64,000 nucleotides of DNA. Origin: Pecten maximus. Its lineage: Eukaryota. The stretch covers positions 30,194,001-30,258,000 of the forward strand of contig NC_047032.1 of NCBI RefSeq assembly GCF_902652985.1, read 5' to 3'. Under the pieces are notes generated by a model, which was given only the letters and a program-made list of their open reading frames with translations, was not told the DNA's origin and ran no database searches. Both the position numbers and the translations under genes were made by a program. The first letter of the stretch is position 1; every line of letters starts with the position of its first letter. This document shows, in pieces, positions 62,066-64,000 of the stretch.

Positions 62066-64000
62066 ACCCACTCAATGTCTCATCACGTACAGTATATCAA
62101 GTCTGGTGTAATAACGCTCAATGTCTCATCACGTACAGTATAGCAAGTCTGGTGTAATACCCACTCAATGTCTCATCACATACAGTGTATCAAGTCTGGT
62201 GTAATACCCACTCAATTTCTCATCACGTACAGTATATCAAGTCTGTCTGGTGTTACACCCACTCAATGTCTCATCACGTACAGTATATCACGTCTGTCTG
62301 GTGTAATACCCACTCAATGTCTCATCACGTACAGTATATCAAGTCTGTCTGGTGTAATACCCACTCAATGTCTCATCACGTACAGTATATCAAGTCTGTC
62401 TGGTGTAATACCCACTCAATGTCACATCACGTACAGTATATCAAGTCTGTCTGGTGTAATACCCACTCAATGTCTCATCACGTACAGTATATCAAGTCTG
62501 TCTGGTGTAATACCCACTCAATGTCTCATCACGTACAGTATATCAAGTCTGGTGTAATACCCACTCAATGTCTCATCACATACAGTATATCAAGTCTGTC
62601 TGGTGTAATACCCACTCAATGTCTCATCACGTACAGTATATCAAGTCTGGTGTAATACCCACTCAATGTCTCATCACATACAGTATATCAAGTCTGTCTG
62701 GGGTAATACCCACTCAATGTCTCATCACATACAGTATATCAAGTCTGGTGTAATACCCACTCAATGTCTCATTACATACAGTATATCAAGTCTGTCTGGT
62801 GTAATACCCACTCAATGTCTCATCACGTACAGTATATCAAGTCTGGTGTAATACCCGCTCAATGTCTCATCACGTACAGTATAGCAAGTCTGGTGTAATA
62901 CCCACTCAATGTCTCATCACATACAGTGTATCAAGTCTGGTGTAATACCCACTCAATTTCTCATCACGTACAGTATATCAAGTCTGTCTGGTGTTACACC
63001 CACTCAATGTCTCATCACGTACAGTATATCACGTCTGTCTGGTGTAATACCCACTCAATGTCTCATCACGTACAGTATATCAAGTCTGTCTGGTGTAATA
63101 CCCACTCAATGTCTCATCACGTACAGTATATCAAGTCTGGTGTAATACCCACTCAATGTCTCATCACATACAGTGTTTCAAGTCTGGTGTAATACCCACT
63201 CAATGTCTCATCACATACAGTATATCAAGTCTGTCTGGTGTAATACCCACTCAATGTCTCATCACGTACAGTATATCAAGTCTGGTGTAATACCCACTCA
63301 TTGTCTCATCACATACAGTATATCAAGTCTGTCTGGTGTAATATCCACTCAATGTCTCATCACGTACAGTATATCAAGTCTGTCTGGTGTAATACCCACT
63401 CAATGTCTCATCACATACAGTATATCAAGTCTGTCTGGAGTAATACACACTCAATGTCTCATCACATACAGTATATCAAGTCTGTCTGGTGTAATACCCA
63501 CTCAATGTCTCATCACGTACAGTATATCAAGTGTGGTGTAATACCCACTCAATGTCTCATCACATACAGTGTATCAAGTCTGGTGTAATACCCACTCAAT
63601 GTCTCATCACGTACAGTATATCAAGTCTGGTGTAATACCCACTCAATGTCTCATCACGTAAAGTATATCAAGTCTGTCTGGTGTAATACCCACTCAATGT
63701 CTCATCACGTACAGTATATCAAGTCTGTCTGGTGTAATACCCACTCAATGTCTCATCACGTACAGTATATCAAGTCTGGTGTAATACCCACTCAATGTCT
63801 CATCACATACAGTATATCAAGTCTGTCTGGTGTAATACCCACTCAATGTCTCATCACGTACAGTATATCAAGTCTGGTGTAATACCCACTCAATGTCTCA
63901 TCACATACAGTATATCAAGTCTGTCTGGTGTAATACCCACTCAATGTCTCATCACGTACAGTATATCAAGTCTGGTGTAATACCCACTCAATGTCTCATC
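62066..64000. repeat. Minisatellite, 47/51-bp units (gtaatacccactcaatgtctcatcacgtacagtatatcaagtct[gtct]ggt), runs off the right edge
   Basis: About 39 copies with two length variants. Confidence 0.97.

Noticed and set aside
59954-63980. Repeat ORFs YRIFYKPC... and THSMSHH...
   Set aside because: Translations of intronic minisatellites.
1-64000. CRISPR array interpretation of 25-50 bp repeats
   Set aside because: Units are head-to-tail with no unique spacers, there are no cas genes, and the context is eukaryotic.

Overview
Eukaryotic (animal) genomic DNA, most likely a bivalve mollusc. This is inferred from V-SINE-like elements, a ~157-bp BIV160-like core repeat with Helentron/HINE-type ends and a mollusc-like 18S fragment. 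It is not prokaryotic and contains no CRISPR array. Three spliced genes can be reconstructed by hand. (1) The 5' half of a CLK/Doa (LAMMER) splicing kinase on the minus strand, with coding exons 29229-29353, 24889-25156, 12601-12685 and 11730-11796; the rest of the kinase domain is not found here and presumably lies left of the window. (2) A complete 3-exon MRPL53 on the plus strand (41320-49365, 125 aa). (3) The 5' exons of an unidentified plus-strand gene (56428-56452, 61325-61401). Roughly 24 kb (~37%) of the window is about 16 unrelated tandem arrays, which account for nearly all long ORFs in the ORF track; these are not genes. The remainder holds LINE, Gypsy, SINE, MITE and HINE remnants. 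The most interesting signal is a multi-layered splicing-control architecture in CLK intron 3. It includes a 320-nt AG-free zone before the frame-shifting 85-nt exon, and a 20-nt stop-containing microexon whose donor lies in a ~26-bp RNA duplex with an A.C mismatch. It also includes a 14-nt microexon preceded by UGCAUG and a candidate alternative first coding exon that would replace the RS domain. These are predictions from sequence only.
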